Assembly: GCF_006345805.1 (NCBI RefSeq)
Contig: NC_043001.1
Coordinates: 8,990,001 to 9,054,000 of the forward strand
Reading direction: 5' to 3'
DNA from: Octopus sinensis
Lineage: Eukaryota
DNA: 64,000 nucleotides
Shown here: in pieces, positions 41,098 through 54,546 of the stretch
Layout: each line of letters opens with the position of its first letter
How positions within the stretch are numbered: the first letter of the stretch is position 1
The notes under the pieces: model-generated
What the model was told of the DNA's origin: nothing
Databases searched by the model: none
The model's input: only the letters and a program-made list of their open reading frames with translations
Translations under genes and position numbers: made by a program

Positions 41098-41650
41098 GTT
41101 TCTTTATTGGCCAGACAGGGCTGCACACAGATGGGACAAGTTACAAGGTAGAGCTTTTTGTGGGGGAGAAAAAAAAAGGTGGCGTAGGTTTTCGATCAAA
41201 AGGGATCGTAAAAGGGAAAAAAGAACAAAAAGAAGAAAAAGAAAAAAAGGAAAAGAAAAAAGAAGAAAGAGGGAAAAGGACCAAAAGAAAAGAAAAATGA
41301 AAAAGAAGACAAAAGAGGAAAAAAGGGGAAGAGGAAAAAAAACGATCAATAGGGATCGTGTATCACAGTGTCATGATGTATGGTGTAAAGAGGAAAGCAA
41401 GTAAGGTTTATCCGTGGAAAGAAAAGCCAACAAAAAAGACCACGGTAACCTTGGTCAATATTGTTATATGTTACCACATTTGTTTGCAAGTGGGTAACCC
41501 TCTGTTTTCAACTTCTGGGTTCATAGGATTATGCTCAAGATGGCTTCGTCATTCATACGTGCCATCTTTGCTACATACACCCATCTTTTTTTAAAACGTT
41601 CGCTAGACAAAACTTGCCTCTCTACTCTCACTTTCCTTTTCAAGTGGTAC
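41097..41650 (-). mobile_element. LINE 3' end, possibly L1/Tx1-like
   Basis: - strand YHLKRKVRVERQVLSSERFKKRWVYVAK resembles the F...W C-terminus of L1/Tx1 ORF2, followed by a pyrimidine-rich UTR and aataaagaaa next to (TATC)n. The clade call is weak. Confidence 0.55.
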
Positions 41651-41999
41651 TAGATAAATGCATATATATGTGCATAAGCAAAATTGAATAAGTTATTGAA
41701 ATACCACTTGCTATAAACAAACCCAACGCTCAAAAACCACAAATTATACACTGTTCCTTACTTCTGTAGTTCATACAAGGTAAACCTATTTCTGTTAAGT
41801 TTATTGCTTTCGCTGTCTGTATTTTAACAGGGAATGATTTGTGGCTTTAGAACGTTGGCTCCATTTATACCAAGTGGTACTTTAATACTCTATTCAATTA
41901 TGTATATATTTTACCTATAAAGGTGTAAACTTACTAGCCACTTTATCATTATCATTAATATTATTAATAATGATAATAACTACTTAACTGTAAATTACT

Positions 42000-42030
<31 letters not shown>

Positions 42031-42165
42031 GCATATATTTATTTATGTACATGTATGCACATATATACATGTATATGTATTTATATCTACCTATATATTA
42101 TATGTATATGTATGTATGCATCTATATGCATGCACATAAATATACTGTGTCTACCTATCTATCTA

Positions 42166-42214
<49 letters not shown>

Positions 42215-42366
42215 CTATATATATTACATATATATATATATATTACTATATATATATTACATATATATATATACAAGTAAAAGAGTATATATATATATAT
42301 ATATAGATATATATATAATATAATATATATAATATATATAACGAATATATATATAATATATTCGCC

Positions 42367-42400
<34 letters not shown>

Positions 42401-42479
42401 GTGTGTGTGTGTGTGTGTATATATATGTGGATATATATTATATGTATATATGTATATATATATATAATATATATATATG

Positions 42480-42674
42480 TAGGTCCCGGGTTGATTCGGG
42501 GTTACCACAGTAAATAAGTTACTCAATACATAGTAGAGTAAAATTAATTTATTATATAGAAGGAGCTTCTACAGGACTAGAACTGTTTCATTCAGAGAAA
42601 TCTTCAGGAAGCTCATGAAGATTTCTCTTGAATGAAACAGTTCTAGTCCTGTAGAAGCTCCTTCTATATAATAA

Positions 42675-42676
<2 letters not shown>
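42480..42676. mobile_element. Fold-back PLE-type terminal fragment (about 60-bp palindrome) with hammerhead-like cores
   Basis: Arms 42547-42606 / 42616-42676 with one indel; - strand reads CTGAAGA-tttctctgaat-GAAA-cagttctag-TC. Confidence 0.65.
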
Positions 42677-42705
<29 letters not shown>

Positions 42706-42747
42706 CGTGTGTGTGGTATATATATGATGTGTATAATATATATTAAT

Positions 42748-42801
<54 letters not shown>

Positions 42802-42834
42802 ATATATATATATATATGATTATATATATATATA

Positions 42835-43045
42835 GTTAATCCAAACATGAAAACACAAAGAGAAAACAAACACAACGCGAGTACGTGGAACAAATATAGT
42901 GTTATTGGACGCTCAGGGAAAAGGAAAGACGGAGGGCTTTACGTTCCGAGCGGAGCTCTTCGTCAGAAACATAGGAAAAGGAAAGATCCAAAGAAGGGAA
43001 GACGGAGGGACAGAAATCGCCAACGGTACACACGAGGTCGCACAT
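42835..43045 (-). mobile_element. PLE-type terminal repeat with minimal HHR-like motif
   Basis: - strand ttt-CTGACGA-agagc(tcc)gctc-GGAA-cgta-aag at about 42938-42970; the element end lies in a TA tract. Confidence 0.6.
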
Positions 43046-43814
43046 ATACACAGATATATGCCTGCATACACGTCTACATTTGTTTGTGCGTCTGGGTACA
43101 TCTATGCAAAATGAGGGAATCTGGAAGGGAGGAGAGAGACGAAATTGTATTCTCTGTTGTATTGGAATTATTAATCCAATTATACGTAGCCTAGTATAAG
43201 GTAATATGTATATTAGGATTCTATTGAGCAGCATGCCATTTACTGAGAGACTATTATTCACAAGAAACTCTATCCCGTTGGATATCCAATATGTCAAAGT
43301 CAGTAATTGTGTTTCATGCCGTACAATGTCAATCTAAATGTATTTTAATATTTGATGTTCATCATTACAGGCTGGGAAAATTGGTTCATAATACAGTGAT
43401 GTGCAATAAATGGTAATTGCTCTCGCTCTTCAAAAACTTTCCAGTGATGAGTTTTGTAATTGCAATGATCAGCGATTAACTGTTGATGAGTTCATCAATG
43501 AATTTGGATAATGATAAAATGGAATATCTGATATCCGTGTCCTGGGGTGTTTTATGGACGAGCAAAATGTCAGGCAATATGATTTGTAGCATGATAACTT
43601 GGGTGCATCCACATAGATTTTGAAGCTCCTTCGAAATAGCAACTGTACCATTCTCAAATCCTATAAAATGTCCTTATATAATATCAAAATAGGCATCGAA
43701 TATCATAGTTTTGATAACGATATATCAGGAAAACAGGGAGTATATCATTGAAAATCGGTTAACAGGACAAGTATTTACTAAGGGCTATTCGACATAACGA
43801 TCAAAACTGGTTTC

Positions 43815-44010
43815 AGATTTTGGTACAAAACCAGTAGTTTCAGAGAAGGAGTAAAGTTGAATAAATCGACTCCAGTGCTCAACTGATCTTTATTTCATTG
43901 AACCGGAAAGAATAAAAAAGCACAGTCGACACCTGTTGAATTTGAACTCAGGGCGCAAACCCAGTCGAACTGCCGCTAAGTATGCTAACGATTCTGCCAG
44001 CTCACCGCTT
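43815..44010 (-). mobile_element. Diverged SINE group B
   Basis: atcgactccagtgctcaactg...gaatttgaactcag...gctaacgattctgccagctcaccgc. Other diverged or partial B copies at about 14940-15115, 27110-27290, 45965-46097, 46835-46950, 47255-47375, 50300-50505, 50815-50985 and 62003-62203 (+). Confidence 0.75.
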
Positions 44011-45132
44011 TAGGCCAGACATTGATATGACAGATGTTTACTGGGAAATGATTCTAGTTTCTTATCTTCATTGGTAGGGAATGTTCACAATTGTAAACCA
44101 CTGATTGTAGTTTTCATCAACTTTCCTGATCTCGAGGCCACGTGATTACATACTTTAATTGTTAAAACTTGGAAGCCAAGGTCGGATTTGAACTCAGAAA
44201 GCAAAACAAAAGGAACAGTGACTGCATTACATCTCGATCTTACATTTCCGCCAATAACCCCAACCCTATTTATATCTATTTATTGACCTGAAAGAACAAA
44301 AGGAAAAGGGACCTTGAAATGGTTCGAACTCAGGAAGTATAGAACCGGAAGAAATAAAATTCTAATTAAGCTACCAATTCACGATCCTTTACCAAGTCTG
44401 CAGGAGAAATTTATGTAAGCAATCGTCTAATGGACTTCACCTAAGGCTAAAATTATGATCGATTAGGATTTCATGAAGAATGATTTTCAGCTGCAGCCAA
44501 CGCAGACACTATACTCGAGGGAGGAAATCCAGCAATTTGCATGTAATTCAAATAGAAAGAGATATTACGGTAAAATGTCGAAGTAGTGAAATGGCCTACT
44601 TCTCCGAAGAGATGTATATGTATAATTCTTTAAGTTAAAAAGAAAGAAGCGCTAATAGCTAAACTTGAAACAGTTTTTTTGGATTTGTATTATTCCAGGA
44701 AATATTGCTGAATCATTAATTCTTCTATCCAGATGTTCCCATTTACTCAGCTCCATTACATAATTGATCGACGAAGTATTTTGTCTTAAAGTAAAATATA
44801 CAAATTTCTCCGTTCGAGATATTTACTGTAACAAGATAACAAGATATACATAAATTGTAGCTTGTGAAAGACACACACAAAATAAAAGTATTTAGAATAA
44901 ACAGCATGTATTCCCTTTAGACAAACAACTACCAATAATGACTATTGCAACGTTGTATGATTTCTCTATGTAGTAGCTTATAGCATTGGTAAACTGCATT
45001 AGTGCGCTTATACGTTTAATTTCACAGTTTGGGGCTAAATAGGAAAGCTAGACGTATTGATTTTTATTGTTCTTTATTCGCAAACGTGGTCTGTGTGCAA
45101 ACATTGGAAACACTTTCAAACAATTGTAAATA

Positions 45133-45172
<40 letters not shown>

Positions 45173-45301
45173 TATGGATGTATGGATGTAGACTGTGCGT
45201 TTGTGTGAGCGTGCTTACTGTCATTGCTCTGTCTGTGTTTGTGGTGATGGAAGCGTGTGGTAAAATGGAAAAACGCGCATACACATACATACACACACAA
45301 A

Positions 45302-45342
<41 letters not shown>

Positions 45343-45526
45343 GTGTGTGTGTGTGTATAAATGTGTTTGTGTGTGTGTGTATTTCTCTCATAACAATTTA
45401 ACAAAATAAATATTTACCTGTCTGATTACACACACACACACACACACATACACACATATAAATATAAGAGTATATTGATACTTAAGAGTGTGTGTGGTGG
45501 TGAGTCTGCCTGTGTATGTCAGTACA

Positions 45527-45578
<52 letters not shown>

Positions 45579-46093
45579 ATTATCAACATTGTTGTTATTA
45601 TTATTATTACTATTATTATTTTATAGAAAACATGACCACATCGAAGTTTAATCTTTTTCAACTATCATTTTATTATATTTGCACTCACACACACACATCC
45701 CATCAATTTTGTTTGAAAGTGTAAAGTTTCCAACTACACCATCAGGATTTCTCGTCATCAATATAAAGTGATGACGCGTGCTTGCTCTCCTTTTAATAAA
45801 GATGGAATCAATACAATTGGTTTGTATATCAGTACTTTTGGCCCTAATTTCTTCAATTGGACAGGGACACTCAATGACGTAGCTACTGCTGCTGCTACTG
45901 CTACTGTTACCACTACTACTAATAGAAGAAGAAGAAGAAGAAGAAGAAGAAGAAGAAGAAGAAGAATCGACCCCAGTTTTTCACTGATACTTAATTTATC
46001 GAGCCCGAAAGGTGGTATTTAAACTCAGAACAAAACGGACGAAATGCCGCTAAGCATTTTGTGCGGTGTGCTAACGATTCAGCGAACTCGTCG

Positions 46094-46124
<31 letters not shown>

Positions 46125-46140
46125 TATAATAATAATAATG

Positions 46141-46229
<89 letters not shown>

Positions 46230-46808
46230 TCACAGACACGACAGAGTTGGGACCTACATGCACTGGAAGCTATGCCAACATTATGGAATAACATAAACAA
46301 GATGGTATAGGCACACACCAGAAAAGGTCAAAGAAAACGAGAAAGCAACCATACTCTGGGATATGCCGATACACACAGATAGAGAAATTAAAGCCAACAG
46401 ACCAGATATAGTTGTCAGAGATCATGAAGAATGTTTTCTAATTAATGTATCAATACCGGCAGATGACAACGTGTCTCTAAAAGAAATGGAGAAACTTTCA
46501 AAATGCAAAGACCTGGAAATAGAGGTAACCAGAATGTGGAATCTAAAAACAGAAACAATTCCTATCATAGTAGGTGCATTAGGCATGATAAAAAATATTT
46601 AGACAAATACATAACAAAAACACCAGGACTTACAAACACATATAACATACAGAACATTGCACTACTAGGCACTGCACACATCCTACGCAGAACACTTTCC
46701 ATACAATAACCATCAGAGCATCACAACAAATCACAGCACATACCCGAGGCACACAGAGCTGCGCTCGGTAGTGAAGTGAAAGCACGCTAAAAAAATAAAA
46801 CTACTGAA
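46230..46808 (+). mobile_element. R4/Dong-clade LINE 3' end (restriction-like endonuclease domain)
   Basis: HRHDRVGTYMHWKLC...ILWDMPIHTDREIKANRPDIVV...KEMEKLSKCKDLEIEV...IVGALG; flanked on both sides by (AAT)n. Confidence 0.9.
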
Positions 46809-46994
46809 TGATGATGATAATAATAATAATAAACCTTTCTACTATATGCACAAGGCCTGAAATTTGGGGAGAGGGGTTTAAGTCAATTACATCGAATCCA
46901 CTCGTCAACTGGTACTTAATCTATAGACCCCGAAAGTATGAAAGGATTGAAGTCAATTAAGCAGTTGTATTTACCACAGGAGCAAAAAGAGCAT

Positions 46995-47225
46995 TACACA
47001 GACACGTGTACCCTTAACATGGTTCTCAGGGAGATTCAGCGTGACACAGAATGTGACAAGGCTGGGCCTTTCGAAATACAGGTGCTACTCATTTTTGCCA
47101 GCTGAGTGGACTGGAGCAACGGGAAATAAGGTGTTTTGCTCAAGTACATAACGCGTCGCCGGGAATTGAACTCACGACCTTACCATCGAGAGCCGAATGC
47201 CGTAACCACTAGGCCACGCGCCTCC
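46995..47225 (-). mobile_element. SINE group C head and middle with an alternative tail
   Basis: Head and middle match 14377-14512; the tail matches 63690-63890 instead. Confidence 0.82.
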
Positions 47226-47544
47226 ACTACAATTAAGCTACATAATTGACTCAAAGTTTATCGATCCCGAAAGGATGAAATGCAAGGTCGCACAACTCGG
47301 CGGTAGTTGAACTCTATTTGAACTCAGAACACAGACGGTCGAAATGCCGCTAAGCATTTTGTGGAGTGTGCTAACGCACACACATATTATATTCCGGTTT
47401 CTGTACTGAAATCTATTTCTCCCATTTGTATTACTTTGTTTTATCACGCTTATTCATACATGCATTATATATACATATATATATATTCATACATGCATAC
47501 ATTCTTCGTTACATATATTTTATACATGCTCGCCATGATAGATC

Positions 47545-47730
47545 ACTAACCACTACTCATTCTTTATTTTCTCTCCTTGTTTGTTTCTGTGTTCCTTTTT
47601 GCGGAAGAGCGTAGGCTCGAAACGTTAAAGACTTTTCACTTGCCAAGCGTTAAACTAATACATAGGTGTGTTGTTTATACCACCTTTCTTCATGTTTTGT
47701 TCTTTTATTTCTTTTGTGAATTCTCCCCAT
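47545..47730 (+). mobile_element. PLE-type terminal repeat with minimal HHR-like motif
   Basis: cttt-TTGCGGA-agagc(gtag)gctc-GAAA-cgtt-aaag at 47595-47630; same architecture as the 42938-42970 motif, core mutated. Confidence 0.55.
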
Positions 47731-48104
47731 ACATTTATACATTCATACATACATTCATACATGCATTCATAATACAAACATACATACATACATACATATA
47801 CACATGCATACATGCATACATGAATATACATACATGTGTACACACATGCATTCATACATACGTTCATATTTACATTCATGCATACATTCATACCCACATA
47901 CATACATACATACATATATACATACATACATTCATGCATACTGTTGTGGCGGACTCCCCCAGGCAAGAAATGGGCTGGTCCACTACTAATAAATAGCGGA
48001 CTGACACAATCTGTACAGTCGATCGGCGAAGGTAGGCCGTTCGGACCAGTCCCACAGAGACGACGGAATAGGTCGTTATAATGCAGAACATATCACATAC
48101 ATTC

Positions 48105-48285
48105 CTACATACATACAAACATACATGCATACATACATACATACATACATACATACATACATACATACATACATACATGCATACATACATACATACATAC
48201 ATACATACATACATACATACATACATACATACATACATACATACATACATGCATACATACATACATACATACATACATACATACA

Positions 48286-48315
<30 letters not shown>
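48105..48315. repeat. (CATA)n microsatellite
   Basis: Read directly from the sequence. Confidence 0.95.
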
Positions 48316-48316
<1 letters not shown>

Positions 48317-48340
48317 TTACGCACATAAATACATACATAC

Positions 48341-48505
48341 GGATCTTTCTATATTGGCAAGAAATCTTGGAATACACTGATTAATGACATACAAACAAAA
48401 ATACTTTGTTGTTGATGTTGAAATTCCAATGAATGTGCCTTGGATCTAGGTTAGAAACCGGTTCTTTCTCTATTGACAAGAAATCTTGAAATAAACTGAA
48501 TGACA
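48341..48505 (+). mobile_element. Short element with a 40-bp terminal direct repeat and HHR-like motif
   Basis: Repeat 48341-48380 / 48460-48499; CCAATGA...gcct(tggatct)aggt-ta-GAAA-ccgg-TT. Confidence 0.5.
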
Positions 48506-50544
48506 TACATACATACATGTGTATAGGAGAAAAGACCTGCTGTAGATGCCATGCAAAAAACCCCTGAGCCATCTGGTGTGGAAGTCAACTAGTGCCTGTA
48601 TTTCTACGAGTGCGTGTGCGTGTGTGTGTAAGTGCAATATTTTACCACTCGTGATATGTGTATCTCCGTCTATTTTTACAGATACATGCGTGCGTAGATA
48701 TTTCATACCCCACCCCCACCAAACGTTGTCTGAGTGTTCGAATAAGTTGCAGCTTAGTTGGTTTGTCTTAGACTGATTTACTGAAAACTAATTCGCAACA
48801 AATCGATCTATGTCAGCCATTAAATACGTGTTGTTCTCTTTAGGAAATTACCTGCTCGGCTAAATTATAATCGACGCACTTTGTTTTTTCTTTCTTCATC
48901 ATTTCCTTTCATGAAAGAAATTTTCCATTTATAGTTTCGAAAAATAATAAATTATTTTGGACATTGGCCGATATATCAAGACTGGTGTGTCTGGCTTCGA
49001 AATCACAATTTCCTGTTGAAGTTCTTATGTCCTAACTTTCGTCTACCAATGTACATTTGCTGAGGAAAGACAAGTTTTGAAGTTTCAGTAAATTTGAAAG
49101 ATATTTTACTTCAAAAATTAATTAGAGTAATACTTCTTGTAAATTAAAGTGTTCTAAAGACTAAATTATATTTAGATCCATGACTGACGTGACGAACCGA
49201 ATCTGTTATTTACTTGAATTTCGCTTGAAAATTTTAAAAAATGTATTTGCTTTTGTATAAATCACAGTATTTTATATTTCATTTTAACTGAAAAACACTG
49301 AAGCACTGGATAAAGATTAAACTCTTGAGAGGAAAATTATACAAAGAATTAACGCTAAATTAAGGCTACAATTTATATACAAGTAAGATTTATACAGGTG
49401 TAACTGCGGTATATGTTATATTCTGCAATTTAAAGAATACCTGTAGGAATCGTGTAAATTCCATAGAATGGAAAAATTAAGAGGACCTGTTTAAGAAAGA
49501 AAGCCTGGCTTGCATTCATAGTTTAGCTTTCTTTAAATATTCTCGCTGTCTACATTCGTTTCCTCACGTCTCCGTCTGTGTTGCTTTTTTCCTTGTTTTA
49601 TTATATCTTCTCACTGTTCCTCTCTGATCCGTGCTCTATATCTGCGCATCCTTTCTCGGGCAGCTTGCAACCACGTTTTTTGTGAATCCAGATTTTAGGC
49701 TGAATTGACTCTTATATATATAAATATCAATTTTGAAGCGAGCATACGATAATTGCACTTTATTTGTATTATCATTAGTATTATTAATAACCATAATTAT
49801 AAATAAGAACTAGATTTCTTACAAAAAATGGAGCAGATTAAGATGAACACATTTCTAAAAGAAATAATGTGAAATATAGATAGCTTTTATGTAAGACATA
49901 GATATACCCTTGCATTCCTTATGGGTGCACCGTAATATGTAACAAGTGATCTGCATAAGAGCTTAGTAATACTAGTGTTATTTCTAGGAAACTTGTTCGT
50001 ATTCTCCAAATACAGCTGATTCATAGCACCAAGCACATTTGGAGAACAATCCAGGTATTCTCCATTTGAGATTTCTTAATTGAGCCTATTAACACAATAT
50101 TTACGCATATGGAATATGCACACCTTCACCTGTACATCTAATCCCACACGTCAATTATCTACAGGTTATACTCTGTCATTCATCTTTCTCGCTTGAATAA
50201 AATGAAACCAATATTAACATTCTGCATGTCGATGTTACTTCTGCATCTCACACAGACACGTGATAGTTTTCTTCTGCAAATATTCTTTGTTACTTAATAT
50301 TGATTTCAAATTTTTGCACAAGGCCAGAAAATTGGAGGAGCGGCAAAATCGGCTGCGTCATCCCCAGCGCTCTTCTGGTACTTATTTTTCGTTCGTCGAA
50401 AGGATGAAGGGTAAAATTTTGCTCAGCGAAATTTTCCCTCGGAACGAAGAATTGCCTCCAAACATTTTGCCTAGCATGCTAACGATTCCGTCAACTCACC
50501 GTCTCATTCTTACTTAAAATTAAATATTAAACAAAAAAAAAATA

Positions 50545-50792
50545 AATGCGCCCTTTTAAAGCCTAGCCAGGCTCATGGGCCCGGTTTCCCGGTTTCTATG
50601 GCGTATGTGTTCCCCGGCTGGACGGGACGCCAGTCCATCGCAGCGTTATTCATTTTTGCCAGCTAAGTGAACTGGAGCAACGTGAAATGAAGTGTTTTGC
50701 TCAAGAACACAACGCGTCGCCCGCTCCAGGAATCGAAACCACAATCTTACGATCATGATGCTGACACACTAACCACTAAGCCACGCGCCTCC
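50545..50792 (-). mobile_element. SINE group C, full length
   Basis: Reverse complement of the 14377-14612 type. Confidence 0.88.
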
Positions 50793-51046
50793 ACTTACAT
50801 AAAATTAGCTTCAAATGTTAACACAAGGCCAAGAAATTCTATGGAGTGTTCAAGCCGCTTACATCGACCCCAGTGCTTAACTGGTATTAATTTTATCGAC
50901 TCCGAAAGGATGAAAGTCAAAGTTGACCGAAGTGAAATTTGATCTCGCAACGTTAAGATTGACAACATGGCTCTAAGCATTTCCAGCTCAACGTGTATCA
51001 GATACCATGGTATTCCTCAAGAGTAAACGTGGAGAGATCACTGAGA

Positions 51047-51077
<31 letters not shown>

Positions 51078-52101
51078 GAGGGGAGTTCTTAAGACTTTGT
51101 TTAGTCGCAGAGTTATTGAGCAATAACTTCTCTCCCAATCTGAAATAAAGACCATTAGGGTTTATTTGAGAAGGTGTGGTGCCTATCAGGTATAAATAAA
51201 CAAATGCTTTTGTCTACATTTTTGTTTAATTCTGATAAATAAATACATTTATGGGGATTCTACATGAGACAGATACGTAGAGACTGAGAAGAGAGAGAGG
51301 TAGAGAGACAGACAGACAGACAGAAACTAAAGAGATAGACAGACAGGGATTTGACAGAGAACCACTTATCTTGAGTGCTAATTCACTGCAGTTATGTTTC
51401 AAGTTGTAAATTTATATACACAGCAAGATAAATCTGTGTTTAATTATACATAAAATAAAATAAATAACACATTTCTGTATCATTCGAGCTAGGGAGTGAA
51501 GCAAAAACGTTCTTTCACTTGCAATGATGGATGAGATATTTGTGTGCGCGTCTGTGTGTGCGTGTGTGTGTGTGTATGTTTGTGTGAGTGTGTGTGCGAG
51601 CAAAGCGAGAGATAGAGAGATATATATATAGAGAGAGAGTTATTCAGAACAGGAAGTGAACCGCACATAAATAACTTAATAGCCTTCAAATCCGATGTGC
51701 TTCCATATGTCTGCACCTGTATTCTAAGGAGTTATCTGTTAAGTTTAATCTTTCCTACAATCAACATTTTCATTTATCACTAGAATTCTGGATGAAAAGC
51801 TTGCTTAAAACGTTCTAAGCATTGCAATTTGTATTCTATGTCTAATTCACATGCTCCGGATCAGTACTGACATGTATATGGAGATGAGATAAAACATTTC
51901 AAGGAACGACGTAACATTTGGATGATAGAGCGCCCGGGTATGTGCGTTGATCTTTCTGTGAGTATCTGTGTCATTGTGTTTGTATAGGTGTGTGTGTGAG
52001 TGTGTGGGGTGAATGTTTTGGCGGGATGTACATCCCTGTGACTTCTGTACAGCTTTAATATACCAAAATTATATACACAGCAAGATCGACGGACATACCC
52101 G

Positions 52102-52332
52102 GGCGGTGAGCTGGCAGAAACGTTAGCGCGCCGGGCGAAATGCGTAGCCGTATTTCACCTGTCGTTACGTTCCGTGTTCAAATTCCGCCGAGGTCGACTT
52201 TGCCTTTCATCCTTTCGGGGTCGATAAATTAAGTACCAGTTACGCACTGAGGTCGATGTAATCGACTTAATCCGTTTATCTCTCCTTGTTTCTCCTCTCT
52301 GTGTTTAGCTCCTTGTGGGTAGTAAAGAAATA
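52102..52332 (+). mobile_element. SINE group B, full length, with 5' filler DNA
   Basis: 14-bp TSD tttaatataccaaa at 52054-52067 and 52333-52346. Confidence 0.93.
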
Positions 52333-52692
52333 TTTAATATACCAAATTTAATTTGTGAAGCACTTGGCAGACTTAAGGGCAGATAACTCTTGTCTATCTG
52401 CCACAAAATACGATCGAAGCTCGGACCACTTTATTATATCCACATCTATATCTAAATATATATAGTTAGTAGTCAATAAATCGCGTGTGGTATGCACCTG
52501 GTTAGCTCACTTCCATGGCTTAGTGTTCGTTGGGTGTTCGATTAATGAGAGAGACGGAAGATGGAAGATAGGAAAATCTATACTGATCACTGCATCAATT
52601 CCTCTCGTGCGGGATCGATACTAGACCGGTCGAAACGGTTGTAGTGATCGACAAAGATTCTCGTGTCTTTCATCTTCATAACTCTCATTAAT

Positions 52693-52779
<87 letters not shown>

Positions 52780-53213
52780 GTAGCGAGAGAGAAAGTGATA
52801 GTGGGGCGAGAAAGAGATTTCAGTAATGAATGACAGGAAGACAAGGGTCACGTAATCACCTTAAACATTGGAAGCTATATGATGTTGCATACACGCTCAG
52901 CTCTGAATGAACTGTTTCAAGCAGCAGAAACAACTGTAAGCTAATGAAAGTAAGTACGTAATTCCCGTTCTCCTCACAAACATTAACTGATATTAAGCTC
53001 TGTATCCACCTGACATTTGAATTTAAACATAGATGTATTGAGTAACAGTGACTGCTTAGCAACATCGCTATACCTAAGTGAAATCATAGAATGATACAAG
53101 CATATACTATGAAAATTCGATGCATACATATTTGTGAATATTTGCATGTACTCGCATTTTGCGTGTGCCTTTCTGTGGGTAGGTATAAATGACTTCATTT
53201 ATTTTGTCCAGTA

Positions 53214-53271
53214 TGTTCTACTGAGGAAGGAAGAATTATTAAACTAATCCAGAAATTAATCAGTCTAGAAC
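53214..53271 (+). ncRNA. Type I hammerhead ribozyme motif
   Basis: gttcta-CTGAGGA-agga...tcc-a-GAAA-ttaatcag-TC-tagaac: 6-bp stem I, GUC triplet. Confidence 0.72.
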
Positions 53272-53344
53272 GGTCTGAATTACTTTATGAATTTTTTGGT
53301 CGGGCCACTTTTCACGTTTTCATATATCCCTTTTGATATATATA

Positions 53345-53820
53345 TGAAATACAAAATGGGACAAGAAGGTAAAACATCCAGAGGGTTAGGTGATAAAAAA
53401 AGGGGACAACAAAACATCCACACAAACGATACGAAGAAAACAAGGACAGGTCATTCGGAGCTTTCTTTTGTCAGTCGAGTTCCAGATTATCTTTGCAATT
53501 TCGGGTGGTTATACTCGAGATTTTTCCAATCTGGCCAGCCCCAAGGAAAAACTCAGCTAAGAGCATTAGATTCTTTGGAAGAAAGTAGCGTAGGTATCCG
53601 AAAACAAGAACGGAAAAAAACGGAGAATGTTGCACAAATGCAAATAAATTTGGGGTCCCAGACAGATGTTGGAACACCGACAAAAGTATAACAGGCAAAA
53701 TTGAGGCCAATGAAAGAAATTTGAGTAATTTAAGAATTAAGGAAGCTCTACTCATACACAGACGAAGACCCCAAATAAACAATAGGGTCTGGATGTTTGT
53801 AGGTTCATTTTTGATATGCT
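53345..53820. mobile_element. Penelope-like remnant (GIY-YIG C-terminus plus adjacent repeat)
   Basis: + strand about 53690-53787 reads KIEANERNLSNLRIKEALLIHRRRPQINNR, matching the PLE endonuclease C-terminal LxIKEALxI...PxxN motif. Confidence 0.65.
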
Positions 53821-54136
53821 CATCTATTATTTATAACAAAAAAGAGAAGAGAAACCAAGGGGGATAAAAAAAAGAAGCTGCAGGTATAACACATAACTTA
53901 GAAGCAGCGCTACAAATGTACCGACACACATGAGATTGAGACATAGCTGACCTCACGCACCTCTCGTGGGGAACTACGGAAGGAGCTTCGTGAGACCATT
54001 GGTGAGACGCTTCCGAAAAAAGAAAAGGCGTTGGAAAACCGATTATAGCAGCGACTGCATCTAAGAATATCTGAAGAAGGAATTTTATTCCGAAATATCA
54101 TCGCACTATGGATGACTAAATTACAACAGGTATACA

Positions 54137-54546
54137 CTTTACTCTTTTACTTGTTTCAGTCATTTGACTGCGGCCATGCTGGAGCACCGCCTTTAATCGA
54201 GCAACTTGACCCCGGGACTTATTCTTTTGTAAGCCCAGTACTTATTCTATCGGTCTCTTATGCCGAACCGCGAAGTAACGGGGACATAAACACACCAGCA
54301 TCGGTTGTCAAGCAATGCTAGGGGGACAAACACAGACGCACAAACACACACACGCACGCATACATATATATATACATATATACGACGGGGCTTCTTTCAG
54401 TTTCCGTCTACCAAATCCACTCACAAGGCTTTGGTCAGCCCGAGACTATAGTAGAAGACACTTACCCAAGGTGCCACGCAGTGACACTGAACCCGGAACC
54501 ATGTGTTTGGTAAACAAGCTACTTACCACACAGCCACTCCTGCGCC
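54137..54546 (-). mobile_element. SINE group A, full length
   Basis: Reverse complement of the 15825-16242 type. Confidence 0.92.
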
